Source: Candidatus Melainabacteria bacterium (lineage in GTDB: Bacteria > Cyanobacteriota > Vampirovibrionia > 2-02-FULL-35-15). Taken from it: a stretch of 35,711 nucleotides of DNA. This document shows, piece by piece, positions 1-9,348 of this stretch. Location of the stretch: NCBI GenBank assembly GCA_016178265.1, contig JACOTS010000134.1, positions 1 through 35,711 on the forward strand, given 5' to 3'. The position numbers were made by a program, and so were the translations under genes. The first letter of the stretch is position 1, and the number at the start of each line of letters is the position of its first letter. A model generated the notes under the pieces. It was not told the DNA's origin and ran no database searches. It was given only the letters and a program-made list of their open reading frames with translations.

Positions 1-239
1 TATAGTACTTACCTATGTTATTTAATAAAGCCGAGCAGTCTTCCTCAAGTAAAAACTATAAAGAAAGACTTTGAGAGGCAGTCTTTGGAAACCCAGCCCT
101 TAAAAAGGGCTGGGGGATTATAAATAAAGTATCAAACTGCTCGAAAGGGGTGTACTGCTGAGTGTATGAAATGTTAAAAACTACTCTATTTTGCTAAGTG
201 ATTTTTGAGATAGCTTCAAGCGAGCGTTATAATAATCAC

Positions 240-599
240 ATGGTTTTAAGAATAAATGGAAAAATACCAGTGCTTGTAATTGCCTTGGAAACTCCCTCCG
301 GGCAGTTTGAACTTGCAAAAAACAGAATTCTAAGTCAAAAAATCGCTCCAAATATAGGAGATTTAGAAGTTACAGAGTATGGTTATCCACCAAGCATTGA
401 AAATGTTGATTTCAGCACCGGTGTGGCTAAAGAGCAAATAGATGAAGAATATCTTCCAGCTTTAGAAAGAGGTTATTTATTAATTGATGGAGAATCTCTT
501 CCAAATACAAGAGCTGCTATTGAAAAAGAAATAGATGCAAAATTAGGGGAAGCAGCAAAAGCTAGATTTATTGCTATAAACACTTTTAGCAGGAATTAA
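240..599 (+). CDS. hypothetical protein
   Basis: ORF 198..599; ATG at 240 preferred because TATAAT (228-233) lies 6 nt upstream; no recognisable motif. Confidence 0.55.
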   Translation: MVLRINGKIPVLVIALETPSGQFELAKNRILSQKIAPNIGDLEVTEYGYPPSIENVDFSTGVAKEQIDEEYLPALERGYLLIDGESLPNTRAAIEKEIDAKLGEAAKARFIAINTFSRN

Positions 600-3340
600 T
601 TCCCTAGCCATTTGCTAAATCTAGAAGCAAGATCTAAAACAAAATCCAGAGAAAATATCCCTTTTTGGTTTCTTGTAGAATTATTTGTGTTCCCTAATTT
701 GTTTTTTTCAGCAAACCATTTCATAAACTCTTCTACATTGCCTTTGTACTTCTCTACAAGTATTTTCTTAAAGAGCATAGGTTCAGACCCTGCTTTAAAT
801 ATTTCAATTTTATAAGGGGTATCTAAGACATGCTCACATTTAATGGTTATTTCTTCACCGCCTGCTTTTTTAACTTTTACGTCAACATCTCTTTTATCTG
901 GATCTAGATTATCTAAGCCTTGAATTGAAATCATATCAGTTGGATCAAATTTTGTTCTATCACTTGGATTTTTAAAAGTAAGATAAAGAAGACCTTGTTC
1001 AATGGCATTTTCCCTGTGAATAGGTGCATAGCTCTCTGCAATGGCAATCCTGGTTCTTAAATGTCTTGGAATAAAGGCTGCTGCTTCTCTGGAGCTACCT
1101 GAGCCAAAGAGCTTTCCGCCAACCATTATAGAACCGTTATGCTTTCCTTTGTATTCTTTGGCAAGGTTATAGTAGTGCTGTGGATCTTTCCCTTCCCTTA
1201 GAGCAATACTTTCAAAAAAGCCATGCTCAAGCTCAAGGAGATTTCCTCTTTTAGGAATATATTTTTGTCCTGCTTTAGATAAGTCGTCAGTGGTTACGTT
1301 GTCTCCTAGTACAAGTAAAACAGGCAGATTTTCAATCTTGCCTGGTGTATCATACATATCGCCTGGAAGAGGTGCAATTGTACTACCGTCATATTTAACT
1401 TCTATGTCTTTTGCTTTATCTTTTGGGGCAGGAAGAACAAAAGCAGGCCTTACGCCAGAGGGATCATTAAAGTTATTTGACACAACAGGAGTGAGTCTTG
1501 CCTCAGCAGTTGGGTTTGAAAGCTTTAGCTTAACTGTTTTTCCACCTTCATCTTTTGTAATAAATGCTCTTTCTTTCGGATCATATGCATCTAATCTGCC
1601 GCAAGCAGCAAGATAAACTACAACTCCTGGTGCAGCAAGATAAACTTGATCTATATCGCTACCGGATCTTCCGGTGAAATTTCTATTAAATGATCTGACA
1701 GATGCAGTATCAGGGTTAGGCGCAAATCCCATACCAATACAAGGACCACAAGCACTGTCAAGTAAAATAAGGTGCCCTTCCCTAATAAAATCCTGAATAG
1801 TTTTATTTTCTTGGACAGAAAGCCACCCATCACGAGAACCATAGGTGACACTTACAGGCACAGAATTTACCCTATCTACTTTATGTTTTGCAAGCTGAAC
1901 ATTAGCCCAAAGAGCTGCTTCTATATCGTCTTTGCCAGAGTGGGTGCAACTGCCTATACTTCCTGAACCAATGTCCAGACTAAGATTTCTCTTGTCATAT
2001 TTCTTTTTCATGTCTAACTCTTGCATTGCAAAATTGATTAAAGTTTGATCCGGAGTTCTTCTTAGCACTTGTTTTGAATTTGCTTTAACTAATTTTTCTA
2101 CTTTTGATTTATCAACTTTCCCTTCTGTTAAAAAATCTGTGTGATGTGCCAAGAGATCCTCATTTATGAATTTAAGTACAAGAGGAATCTCATCCAAATA
2201 AAAAACATTTTTAGGATTACCAGGTAAAGCTAAAGCAGGATGAAGCTCTTCTGACAAATTGTACTCAAGTACCTTGTCATAGTATTTTTTAGGATCTTTT
2301 TTAACTTCAGAATCAGGATTGAAATCATCAAGATGTGCTCTAACCCAATTGGCAAGCTCTTTTCTATCCCTTGACTCTAAATATTCTGCTACTTGTTCAT
2401 CTGGAGGGAAAAGCCCTGTTCCCATACCCCCGTCAACCAGTGAATTAGTAATAGAACTCCTTCCAACAACAGAAACCGAATGAACACCTTCTCCAAAAAA
2501 TTCAATATAACTCCCATTCCCCTCATTTCCAAAAAGCCTTATTATATCCCTGTTTAAAAGCTGAACAATTTGTTTTGGTTCTATTCCAAGAGGAAGTGAT
2601 CCTTTAAGATGAACACCAATAATTGGATTTCTGTCAACAGGCATAGGGAGATCAGCAACAAGAGATTTTGCTATGCTCCATCCGCCTTTTCCAATTGCAA
2701 ACATTCCCATTCCGCCGCCTGTTGGGGTGTGTGAGTCAGCACCAAATAATATTCCACCTGGAATATCAAAATATTCATCACTTACACGGTGACATATTCC
2801 ATTGCCTGGAAGTGAAAAGATAATCCCTCTTTTGCTTGCACTTGTCCCTAAGAACTTAATTCCTTCTTTATCCTGAATAATAGCAGCTTCCATGCCATGA
2901 TCAACTTTTATATTGTGGTCGTAGTATAAAACAGTAAGAGTATTTGTTTGTTCTTTTCCAAGCATGTTAAATAAAAGCTCAGCTTGAAGCAAAAGAAGCT
3001 TTCCTGTAGCATCTTGAATAAGCAAAAGATCTGGTTTTAGATAAACAATAGAATCTTTTTTATTTGGATCTCCTGCCTGCAAGTGGGCATACCATATTTT
3101 TTCCGTTGCTGTAAGAGGTCTTTTAACGGACTTGGCATGGCTAGATTCGCTAAAGACAGGTGGTCTTGCGTTCTTTACCTTCACAACAAAATTATTATCC
3201 TCTGGTGTGTTTGGATAACCTTGAAGCTCTTTTCTTGGGTCATAGACAATTGGTTTCGGAGGATTTGAAATAATAGGCAAAGAAAGTGAAACTTTCATTT
3301 TTTTGTCCTTTTTGTTTTTAGCTGTTTCACTATTGTACAT
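596..3340 (-). CDS. aconitate hydratase family protein (divergent)
   Basis: QDATG, DH, GICH, GADSHTP, IGSCT, ACGPCIG (three Fe-S Cys), SFNRNFTGR and GSGSSRE motifs; AGGAG upstream. Confidence 0.9.
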   Translation of the reverse strand: MYNSETAKNKKDKKMKVSLSLPIISNPPKPIVYDPRKELQGYPNTPEDNNFVVKVKNARPPVFSESSHAKSVKRPLTATEKIWYAHLQAGDPNKKDSIVYLKPDLLLIQDATGKLLLLQAELLFNMLGKEQTNTLTVLYYDHNIKVDHGMEAAIIQDKEGIKFLGTSASKRGIIFSLPGNGICHRVSDEYFDIPGGILFGADSHTPTGGGMGMFAIGKGGWSIAKSLVADLPMPVDRNPIIGVHLKGSLPLGIEPKQIVQLLNRDIIRLFGNEGNGSYIEFFGEGVHSVSVVGRSSITNSLVDGGMGTGLFPPDEQVAEYLESRDRKELANWVRAHLDDFNPDSEVKKDPKKYYDKVLEYNLSEELHPALALPGNPKNVFYLDEIPLVLKFINEDLLAHHTDFLTEGKVDKSKVEKLVKANSKQVLRRTPDQTLINFAMQELDMKKKYDKRNLSLDIGSGSIGSCTHSGKDDIEAALWANVQLAKHKVDRVNSVPVSVTYGSRDGWLSVQENKTIQDFIREGHLILLDSACGPCIGMGFAPNPDTASVRSFNRNFTGRSGSDIDQVYLAAPGVVVYLAACGRLDAYDPKERAFITKDEGGKTVKLKLSNPTAEARLTPVVSNNFNDPSGVRPAFVLPAPKDKAKDIEVKYDGSTIAPLPGDMYDTPGKIENLPVLLVLGDNVTTDDLSKAGQKYIPKRGNLLELEHGFFESIALREGKDPQHYYNLAKEYKGKHNGSIMVGGKLFGSGSSREAAAFIPRHLRTRIAIAESYAPIHRENAIEQGLLYLTFKNPSDRTKFDPTDMISIQGLDNLDPDKRDVDVKVKKAGGEEITIKCEHVLDTPYKIEIFKAGSEPMLFKKILVEKYKGNVEEFMKWFAEKNKLGNTNNSTRNQKGIFSLDFVLDLASRFSKWLGN

Positions 3341-3371
3341 GGCTTCTCCTAAGATTTAGATGATCATACAT

Positions 3372-4142
3372 TTATTTTACAAGACATTTGCCAGCTAATT
3401 TGTCAGTCACAATATAAAGGTTTTTATGTAATTGCAGTGCACTTCCTGGCACATTTTTTATATCTATATTTTTGTTAAATGCAAGGTCTAAAGATCTAGA
3501 TTTTTCCTCTCCATAAGCAAGAAGGATAGCTTTTTTAGCACCAAGTATATCTTTTATTCCAAGCGTAACTCCTTTTTTGAAAGACTTCTTGATCCCCCCC
3601 TTTTTTTCTTTAATTCTTTTTTTAATATTTCTTGCTGTTTTTGGATGCAACTTTACGACATGTACTGATGAGTTAAGGAAAGCCTTTCCTTTTGTGTTAT
3701 ATGCAATATGCGGATCATAGTGAGGACCTATTCCTAAAGTAACAAGATCTATCCCTTTGTTTTTGCTTATAAATTTTTTTAAGTTGCTAATTGTTTTTTT
3801 TAAATTTTGGTTGCCATTGATTAAACAAACATTTTTTGCTTTAACAATCTTAAATAAATCCCTTAGCTCATAATTTAGTTCAAAATTAAAACTAAGGGAA
3901 GAAGTTGGTTTAGCTCCAACTATTTCATCTATTTGTAATACTTTTACTTGTCTCCAAAAATGAGGATTCTTTTTAGCATCGTTTGATATAAGCTTATGTA
4001 GTCCATCTGTTGTTCTTCCTGCAGCAAGAGCTAAAAGAGATGCAGGTTTTTTCTTTATCTGAGCCTTTATGTACTTAAAAGCAATGTTATTTCCTGTCTT
4101 TTTGCTTTTCACTGTAGATAATTTGTATTTTTTGCGTGACAT
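3372..4142 (-). CDS. nagB: glucosamine-6-phosphate deaminase/isomerase family protein
   Basis: LALAAGRT, QIDEIVG, LGIG..HIAYN, GVTLGIKDILGAK and PGSALQLH motifs; divergent from nanE. Confidence 0.75.
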   Translation of the reverse strand: MSRKKYKLSTVKSKKTGNNIAFKYIKAQIKKKPASLLALAAGRTTDGLHKLISNDAKKNPHFWRQVKVLQIDEIVGAKPTSSLSFNFELNYELRDLFKIVKAKNVCLINGNQNLKKTISNLKKFISKNKGIDLVTLGIGPHYDPHIAYNTKGKAFLNSSVHVVKLHPKTARNIKKRIKEKKGGIKKSFKKGVTLGIKDILGAKKAILLAYGEEKSRSLDLAFNKNIDIKNVPGSALQLHKNLYIVTDKLAGKCLVK

Positions 4143-4204
4143 ATGAAAATATTTTAATTATACTTTTTATGAGGAATAGATGCGGTACCAAGTTAAAGGA
4201 AAAA

Positions 4205-4286
4205 TAAGCTTTTTGTCCGATTTATTCGGCAAAAAGCGTCGAGGATAAGGAGCGAGTTGAGCGTTAGCGCGAAACGAGCGTTATAG
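4205..4286 (+). repeat. two-hairpin GA-tandem element, copy A (5' of nanE)
   Basis: taagctttttgtccgatttattcggcaaaaagcgtcg...gcGAgttGAgcgttagcgcGAaacGAgcgttatag, immediately followed by the nanE ATG. Confidence 0.9.
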
Positions 4287-4976
4287 ATGATCGAAATTTT
4301 AAGAAATAAAGTTATTGTATCTGTTCAAGCACAGGATAATGAACCATTAAATAAACCAGAGCACCTTCTTGCAATAAGCGAATCTGTTATTAATGGAGGA
4401 GCTGGTGGGCTTAGGCTTTGTGGAGAAGGAAATATTAAGTTTATAAAGGACAAAGTTAATGTTCCAATAATTGGACTTACAAAAATACAACCAACCCCAA
4501 TAAATTTTTTAGATGTGGTTTTTATCACAACCTCATTAAAGGATGCAAGGAAACTTTTGGATTTAGGGATTGAATGCATTGCAATTGATGGAACAGGCAG
4601 ATTGCGCTTGGATGGCTCAACACTTGACGATCAAATTAAACTAATTAAAAAAGAAAAAAGACTGGTTATGGCAGATGTTGCTACTTTTGAGGATGGAATG
4701 AGTGCAGCAGAAAAAGGAGCAGATCTAATTTCTACTACCTTATCAGGTTATACAAAAGAAACTAGATATAAAGCAAATGAAGGACCGGATTTTAAGCTTT
4801 TAGAAGAACTCATGGAAGAATGTCCTGTGCCCGTGATATTAGAAGGACGTATTTGGAATCCTGAAGATGTTAAAACTGCTTTTGAAATAGGAGCTTTTGC
4901 TGTAATTATTGGTACTGCAATAACCCGTCCCCATTTAATTACAAAGAGATTTGTTAGTTTGGTGCCGCAAACTTAA
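4287..4976 (+). CDS. nanE: N-acetylmannosamine-6-phosphate 2-epimerase
   Basis: IVSVQA, VPIIGLTK, MADVAT, TTLSGYT, EGRIWNPE and GTAITRP motifs. Confidence 0.93.
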   Translation: MIEILRNKVIVSVQAQDNEPLNKPEHLLAISESVINGGAGGLRLCGEGNIKFIKDKVNVPIIGLTKIQPTPINFLDVVFITTSLKDARKLLDLGIECIAIDGTGRLRLDGSTLDDQIKLIKKEKRLVMADVATFEDGMSAAEKGADLISTTLSGYTKETRYKANEGPDFKLLEELMEECPVPVILEGRIWNPEDVKTAFEIGAFAVIIGTAITRPHLITKRFVSLVPQT

Positions 4977-5726
4977 AATCCAAGCAGCAAGAATCATTGG
5001 ATTTGAACCAGATGACAATTTTCTTTTCATTTCAGCTTCTTTTCCAATGGTTTTTGCAATTGCAATAAGATCTTGGTTGATTCTATCAAGAGATCTAAAT
5101 CGTATCTTTCTACTGTCTATTTCTTGTGTGAATACTCTAGAGGTAGCTACTTTTACCCTTCTTTGGTTCCCTTTAAGTACAAAGATTCTTTTAAGCTCAT
5201 TTGCAAAATCTCCATAGTTTCTTGATGTTTCTAGGTCATCAGGCTTTCTTTCTGTGCTTTGACTTCGTCTCCTGTAAGCTTGCTGCAATTTTTTAGCTGC
5301 AAAATAAAGAGCCTCAATTTGTGCACTTGGACTGTATACTAATGCTCTTGCAACCTCATTTTTTTCAAACAAAAAAGAAAGAGAGCTTATAAACTCATTT
5401 AAATTTTCCTTGTTTCCTTTTGTAGCTTTATAAGCTGATACAATCGCAGATTTATATAATCTGTCGTTGTAGGTCTTAAGATCCGATCTTTCTAATAAAG
5501 ATAAATTATTTATTCTTTTAATTGCTTCATAAGTTGTTATGGACTCACCTGCGATTTCATTTCTTATTAAAGGAATGCAGCCACAACCATGTTTTAAACC
5601 TTCAAGTTCAAGACTTACCCTTTCATGATCGATAGGGTCAGAACTTCTTCTAGTTACTTTTTGGGGATTAGACAGTGGAAAAAGTTCTAATTGGGTACCA
5701 GCTACACTTTTTGTGGATAAAGTCAT
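4935..5726 (-). CDS. hypothetical protein
   Basis: 263-aa ORF; 3' end overlaps nanE convergently by 42 bp. Confidence 0.6.
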   Translation of the reverse strand: MTLSTKSVAGTQLELFPLSNPQKVTRRSSDPIDHERVSLELEGLKHGCGCIPLIRNEIAGESITTYEAIKRINNLSLLERSDLKTYNDRLYKSAIVSAYKATKGNKENLNEFISSLSFLFEKNEVARALVYSPSAQIEALYFAAKKLQQAYRRRSQSTERKPDDLETSRNYGDFANELKRIFVLKGNQRRVKVATSRVFTQEIDSRKIRFRSLDRINQDLIAIAKTIGKEAEMKRKLSSGSNPMILAAWILSLRHQTNKSLCN

Positions 5727-5798
5727 AATATGTGGCTCTATAGTAGCAAGGGTAAAAACATATAGAGAATTTTTAAGTGTTTTTTAATTTTTGGACTG

Positions 5799-7268
5799 CT
5801 ATTTGTTCTTCTTTGGCTTAAATCCTTTAGATAGCCTCCTTTGAGCCCGATTTGTACCTTGGGAAGGACCACCCTCGGCAAGCCCCTTTAACATGTCACC
5901 AGGATTTAATCCGCCGCCTTGAAACATTCCCATAAGGGGCTTTATTTTATCCATTACTTTTTTTGTTTGTCTAAACTCACTTATTAACTTATCAACATCC
6001 TGCATTTTTAAACCAGCACCTCTTGTAATTCTTGCTTTTCTTCCAGAGTTTAAAAGATCAGGATTTCTTCTTTCCCGAATTGTCATGCTTTGAATGAGAG
6101 GCCTAAACCTTCTAATTTTTGATTCCCCTTCTTGAAGCATCTTGTTTTGCATGTCTTTGTTTAAACCAACGCCTGCTTGATTTAACATTCCCCCCATACC
6201 AAGCATATTAAAAATGCTTGAAAAATCACCTAGTTTTGACATCATTCCTTGAGCCTGAAGGAAAGTTTCAAAGTTAAATTCTTTTAACAAATTTTTTTCT
6301 ATTTCTTTTGCTTCTTCTTCCTTTATTTTTTCTTGTGCTTGCTCTATAAAGGTAAGCACATCCCCCATCCCTAATATTCTTGAAGCAATTCTTTCAGGAT
6401 AAAAAACCTGCAGAGCATCCATTTTTTCTCCAATGCCTGCAAACTTAATTGGTTTTTTTGTCTCTTCAACAACAGATAAAGCAGCACCACCTCTTGCATC
6501 ACCGTCAAGCTTTGTAAGGATGATCCCTGTAATTCCAATTTGAGTATTAAATGCTTGTGCAATAGATGCAGCATCCTGTCCAATCATAGAATCTATGACA
6601 AGAAGTTTTTCAACTGGATTTGTGATTTTTTCTACCAGTAACAGTTCTGCCATAAGTTCTGTGTCAATTTGAAGCCTTCCAGCAGTGTCTAGAATTATTA
6701 CATCGTGATTATTATTTTTAGCAAACTCAAGAGAATTTTTAGCAAGGTCAATGGGGCCTTTGTCACTGGTCACTGGTCCGTTAGAAATATAGACCGGAAT
6801 TTCTATTTGTTTACCTAATGCTTGCAGCTGTTCAATAGCAGCAGGTCTTTTTAAATCCAAAGGAACAAGAAGAGGATTTTTCCCTTGTTTTTTAAGATAT
6901 TGAGCTAGCTTTGCAGCACTGGTTGTTTTTCCTGCGCCTTGTAAACCAAGTAAAAGTATTATATTTGGAAGAGGTGAAACCTGAAGATTTAATTGTGTTT
7001 CGTTACTTCCAAGCAAAAGGACTAGCTCATCATGCACAATCTTGATGAATTGATCGCAAGGGGAAACCCCCTTTATAACAGCTTCTCCAAGAGCTTTTTC
7101 TTTTACATGACCTGTGAAGGTTTTAATTGCTTTTAAGCTTACATCAGCATCAATTAATGAACGTTTTACTTCCCTAATGGCATCCTCAATGTTTTCTTCA
7201 GTTATTTGAGATTTTCCTCGAAGGGAGGTAAAAACATTTTGCAAATTGTCGCTTAGAGTATTAAACAC
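5799..7268 (-). CDS. ffh: signal recognition particle protein
   Basis: GLQGAGKTT, DTAGRLQID and TKLDGDARGG motifs; Met-rich M domain. Confidence 0.97.
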   Translation of the reverse strand: MFNTLSDNLQNVFTSLRGKSQITEENIEDAIREVKRSLIDADVSLKAIKTFTGHVKEKALGEAVIKGVSPCDQFIKIVHDELVLLLGSNETQLNLQVSPLPNIILLLGLQGAGKTTSAAKLAQYLKKQGKNPLLVPLDLKRPAAIEQLQALGKQIEIPVYISNGPVTSDKGPIDLAKNSLEFAKNNNHDVIILDTAGRLQIDTELMAELLLVEKITNPVEKLLVIDSMIGQDAASIAQAFNTQIGITGIILTKLDGDARGGAALSVVEETKKPIKFAGIGEKMDALQVFYPERIASRILGMGDVLTFIEQAQEKIKEEEAKEIEKNLLKEFNFETFLQAQGMMSKLGDFSSIFNMLGMGGMLNQAGVGLNKDMQNKMLQEGESKIRRFRPLIQSMTIRERRNPDLLNSGRKARITRGAGLKMQDVDKLISEFRQTKKVMDKIKPLMGMFQGGGLNPGDMLKGLAEGGPSQGTNRAQRRLSKGFKPKKNK

Positions 7269-8733
7269 AAGCTAGCCTTTCCACCTCTATTTTATGCTTA
7301 AGTACAGTTTCTTTGTTTAGATGTCCTTGTATATTTTCCCAAGGAAGCTTTGTGTTTTTATCCCATGTTTTAAACACATAGTGATCAATATCAACATTTT
7401 CTTCTTTAAATACTTTGTTAAAGCTTCCTAGTGTAAAACCATATCTATAAGCTTTTTCCAAACATTTTGCAAGGGTTCTGTCCCCCCTGGATAAAAGAGC
7501 TTGTATTAAAGCCCACTTATAGCTTTCTGGCTTAAAAGCTATTCCTGTTTTATGCAGTTCTCTGGATAAAAACTTTAGTTTTTTGTCTGATTCTTTATCT
7601 ACACCGTACCATTGAAACGGGGTAGAAGCTTTGGGTACAAATATAGAGCACCCCCATGTTAACCCCTTGCCTTTATTAGTGGTTTTAATGTGCTTAAGAA
7701 ACCTAACAGTTTCCAATAAATCATCCTCTGTCTCATAAGGCAATCCAACCATTCCATAAAGCTTTATTGAGCTTATGCCAGCGTTATAAATAGTTTGTAT
7801 TGAATTAACTATGGTGACAGACTTGGCACCAAGCTTATAAAGTCCTCCCGCAAGGTTTTGAGAAATTGTGTCTGCTCTAACAGATGCAATTTGAACCTGC
7901 AGTTCAGAGGTCCCTTTTTTTGATAAGAGATAATTTATTAAAGATTCAAATTCAGGATGTTGGGTAATTGAAGGACCTAATAGACCTATTTTATTTGTAT
8001 GTTTTAATCCAAGCTCAATGACAGGAATTAACTTCTCTTTTAGATCAGGTGTTCTGAAAGGAAGAGATCCATAGCTTGCAAGACAAAATCTGCAAAGCTC
8101 AGGGCAACTCCTGACCACCTCCACAATAAAGGTATTAGGCCATATGGAATTCTCTGTAAGGATAGATGAGTAAGAAAGTAAATCTTTTGAAACTTCTTTT
8201 TTAATAAGTTTATTGCTCATGCTTGGAATATATATGAAAGGAAGCTCAGAGAGTCTAAACAATTTTTCCTTTCTTCTAAGATCTTTTATTTCATACAAGA
8301 CATCCAGGAAATCTTCGTATATTGTTTCAAGATCCCCAATCAAAAAGAAGTCCAAGAAAGCTGCAAAAGGCTCTGGATTTGCACTTGGAACCACACCACC
8401 TGCAAATATAAGAGGATCAAAATCTTTCCTTTCGTCTGAATAAATAGGAATCTGATTCTTTTCAAGCATCTCAAGAATGTTTTTGTAATCCAGTTCCCAG
8501 CTAAATGAAAATCCTATATATGAAGGGTTGTCTGAATTCTTTTCCTGAATATCTGTAAAATAACGAATAGTGTTTATATTTTTACTTTGGTTTAAATATT
8601 TCCAGGCAGTTTGATAGCCTAAACTTGCCATACCTATTGAATAGCTGTTAGGAAAAGCAATTGCAAGCGTTAATGCATCTCTGTTTTTTACAGGAACATC
8701 TATTAAAAATTTCTCTTTGTTAAATAAGTTCAT
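7261..8733 (-). CDS. radical SAM protein (B12-binding/TIGR03960-like), apparent internal deletion
   Basis: CPELCRFC (CxxxCxxC), FPNSYSIGMASLGYQ and KLYGMVGLP motifs; start taken at ATG 8733; stop overlaps the ffh GTG. Confidence 0.85.
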   Translation of the reverse strand: MNLFNKEKFLIDVPVKNRDALTLAIAFPNSYSIGMASLGYQTAWKYLNQSKNINTIRYFTDIQEKNSDNPSYIGFSFSWELDYKNILEMLEKNQIPIYSDERKDFDPLIFAGGVVPSANPEPFAAFLDFFLIGDLETIYEDFLDVLYEIKDLRRKEKLFRLSELPFIYIPSMSNKLIKKEVSKDLLSYSSILTENSIWPNTFIVEVVRSCPELCRFCLASYGSLPFRTPDLKEKLIPVIELGLKHTNKIGLLGPSITQHPEFESLINYLLSKKGTSELQVQIASVRADTISQNLAGGLYKLGAKSVTIVNSIQTIYNAGISSIKLYGMVGLPYETEDDLLETVRFLKHIKTTNKGKGLTWGCSIFVPKASTPFQWYGVDKESDKKLKFLSRELHKTGIAFKPESYKWALIQALLSRGDRTLAKCLEKAYRYGFTLGSFNKVFKEENVDIDHYVFKTWDKNTKLPWENIQGHLNKETVLKHKIEVERLACV

Positions 8734-8787
8734 GATATCGTTATTAATTGTAATCCATTGTGAGCGAGCCGGTTTTGCAATAAGCAA

Positions 8788-9129
8788 ATGCAAGAAGAAA
8801 GCAAGAAAAATCCAATACAGTCAGAGCTTATTTACGAAATATACGATAAGCTAAACAAAGAATATTTTGAGGGACAGCTGTCCTATATAAGGATACTTTG
8901 GAGCGACTCTTTTGGGCACGGGAAATATTTTAAGCAATTTGGAGATTTTATTGCACTTCCTGGAAAACGTCCTGTCATAAGGCTTTCTAGGCATTTATGT
9001 GATGAGCCAAAAAAAATAGCCCCTGTTTTATATCATGAGATGGTGCATTTTTGGCTTTATGCAAATAAAAAGCCTTGGGGTCATACCAAGGCTTTTAAGA
9101 AAAAACTTAAAGAATTCAAGATGAAATAG
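8788..9129 (+). CDS. SprT-like zinc metalloprotease domain protein
   Basis: LNKEYFEG, LYHEMVH and GHTKAF motifs. Confidence 0.8.
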   Translation: MQEESKKNPIQSELIYEIYDKLNKEYFEGQLSYIRILWSDSFGHGKYFKQFGDFIALPGKRPVIRLSRHLCDEPKKIAPVLYHEMVHFWLYANKKPWGHTKAFKKKLKEFKMK

Positions 9130-9348
9130 TTATCTGTTTTCATGAAAAACAGATTTTCTTACCCTTGAAAATTGATCTGTCTGACGCCCTTTGGCTACTA
9201 CATTCCTTTGTTTTAACATTGAGGTAGGTATTTCATGAGGATCAATGCGGTGTCCATGATCTTGAGGAGTAACATCCTTTAAAGAATGTACGTAAGGGAA
9301 TACTCTGCTTGTAATATTTGCACCATTAAATGATAGGCTAAAACTCAT
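9130..9348 (-). CDS. small hypothetical protein
   Basis: ATG at 9348 preceded by AAGGAAGGAG; stop abuts the SprT stop. Confidence 0.55.
   Translation of the reverse strand: MSFSLSFNGANITSRVFPYVHSLKDVTPQDHGHRIDPHEIPTSMLKQRNVVAKGRQTDQFSRVRKSVFHENR

Noticed and set aside
4180-4248. Leader peptide MRYQVKGKISFLSDLFGKKRRG read through hairpin 1
   Set aside because: It has a GAGGA upstream, but the start and reading frame are not conserved in the other copies, so it is probably a by-product of the palindrome.
4205-4286. Canonical integron attC site (ends GCGTTAT, starts at a stop triplet)
   Set aside because: The 5' end is TAAG/TAGC rather than TAAC, GTT is not conserved in copies B, D and E, the element folds as two hairpins rather than one, and no integrase is present. 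Kept only as an analogy.
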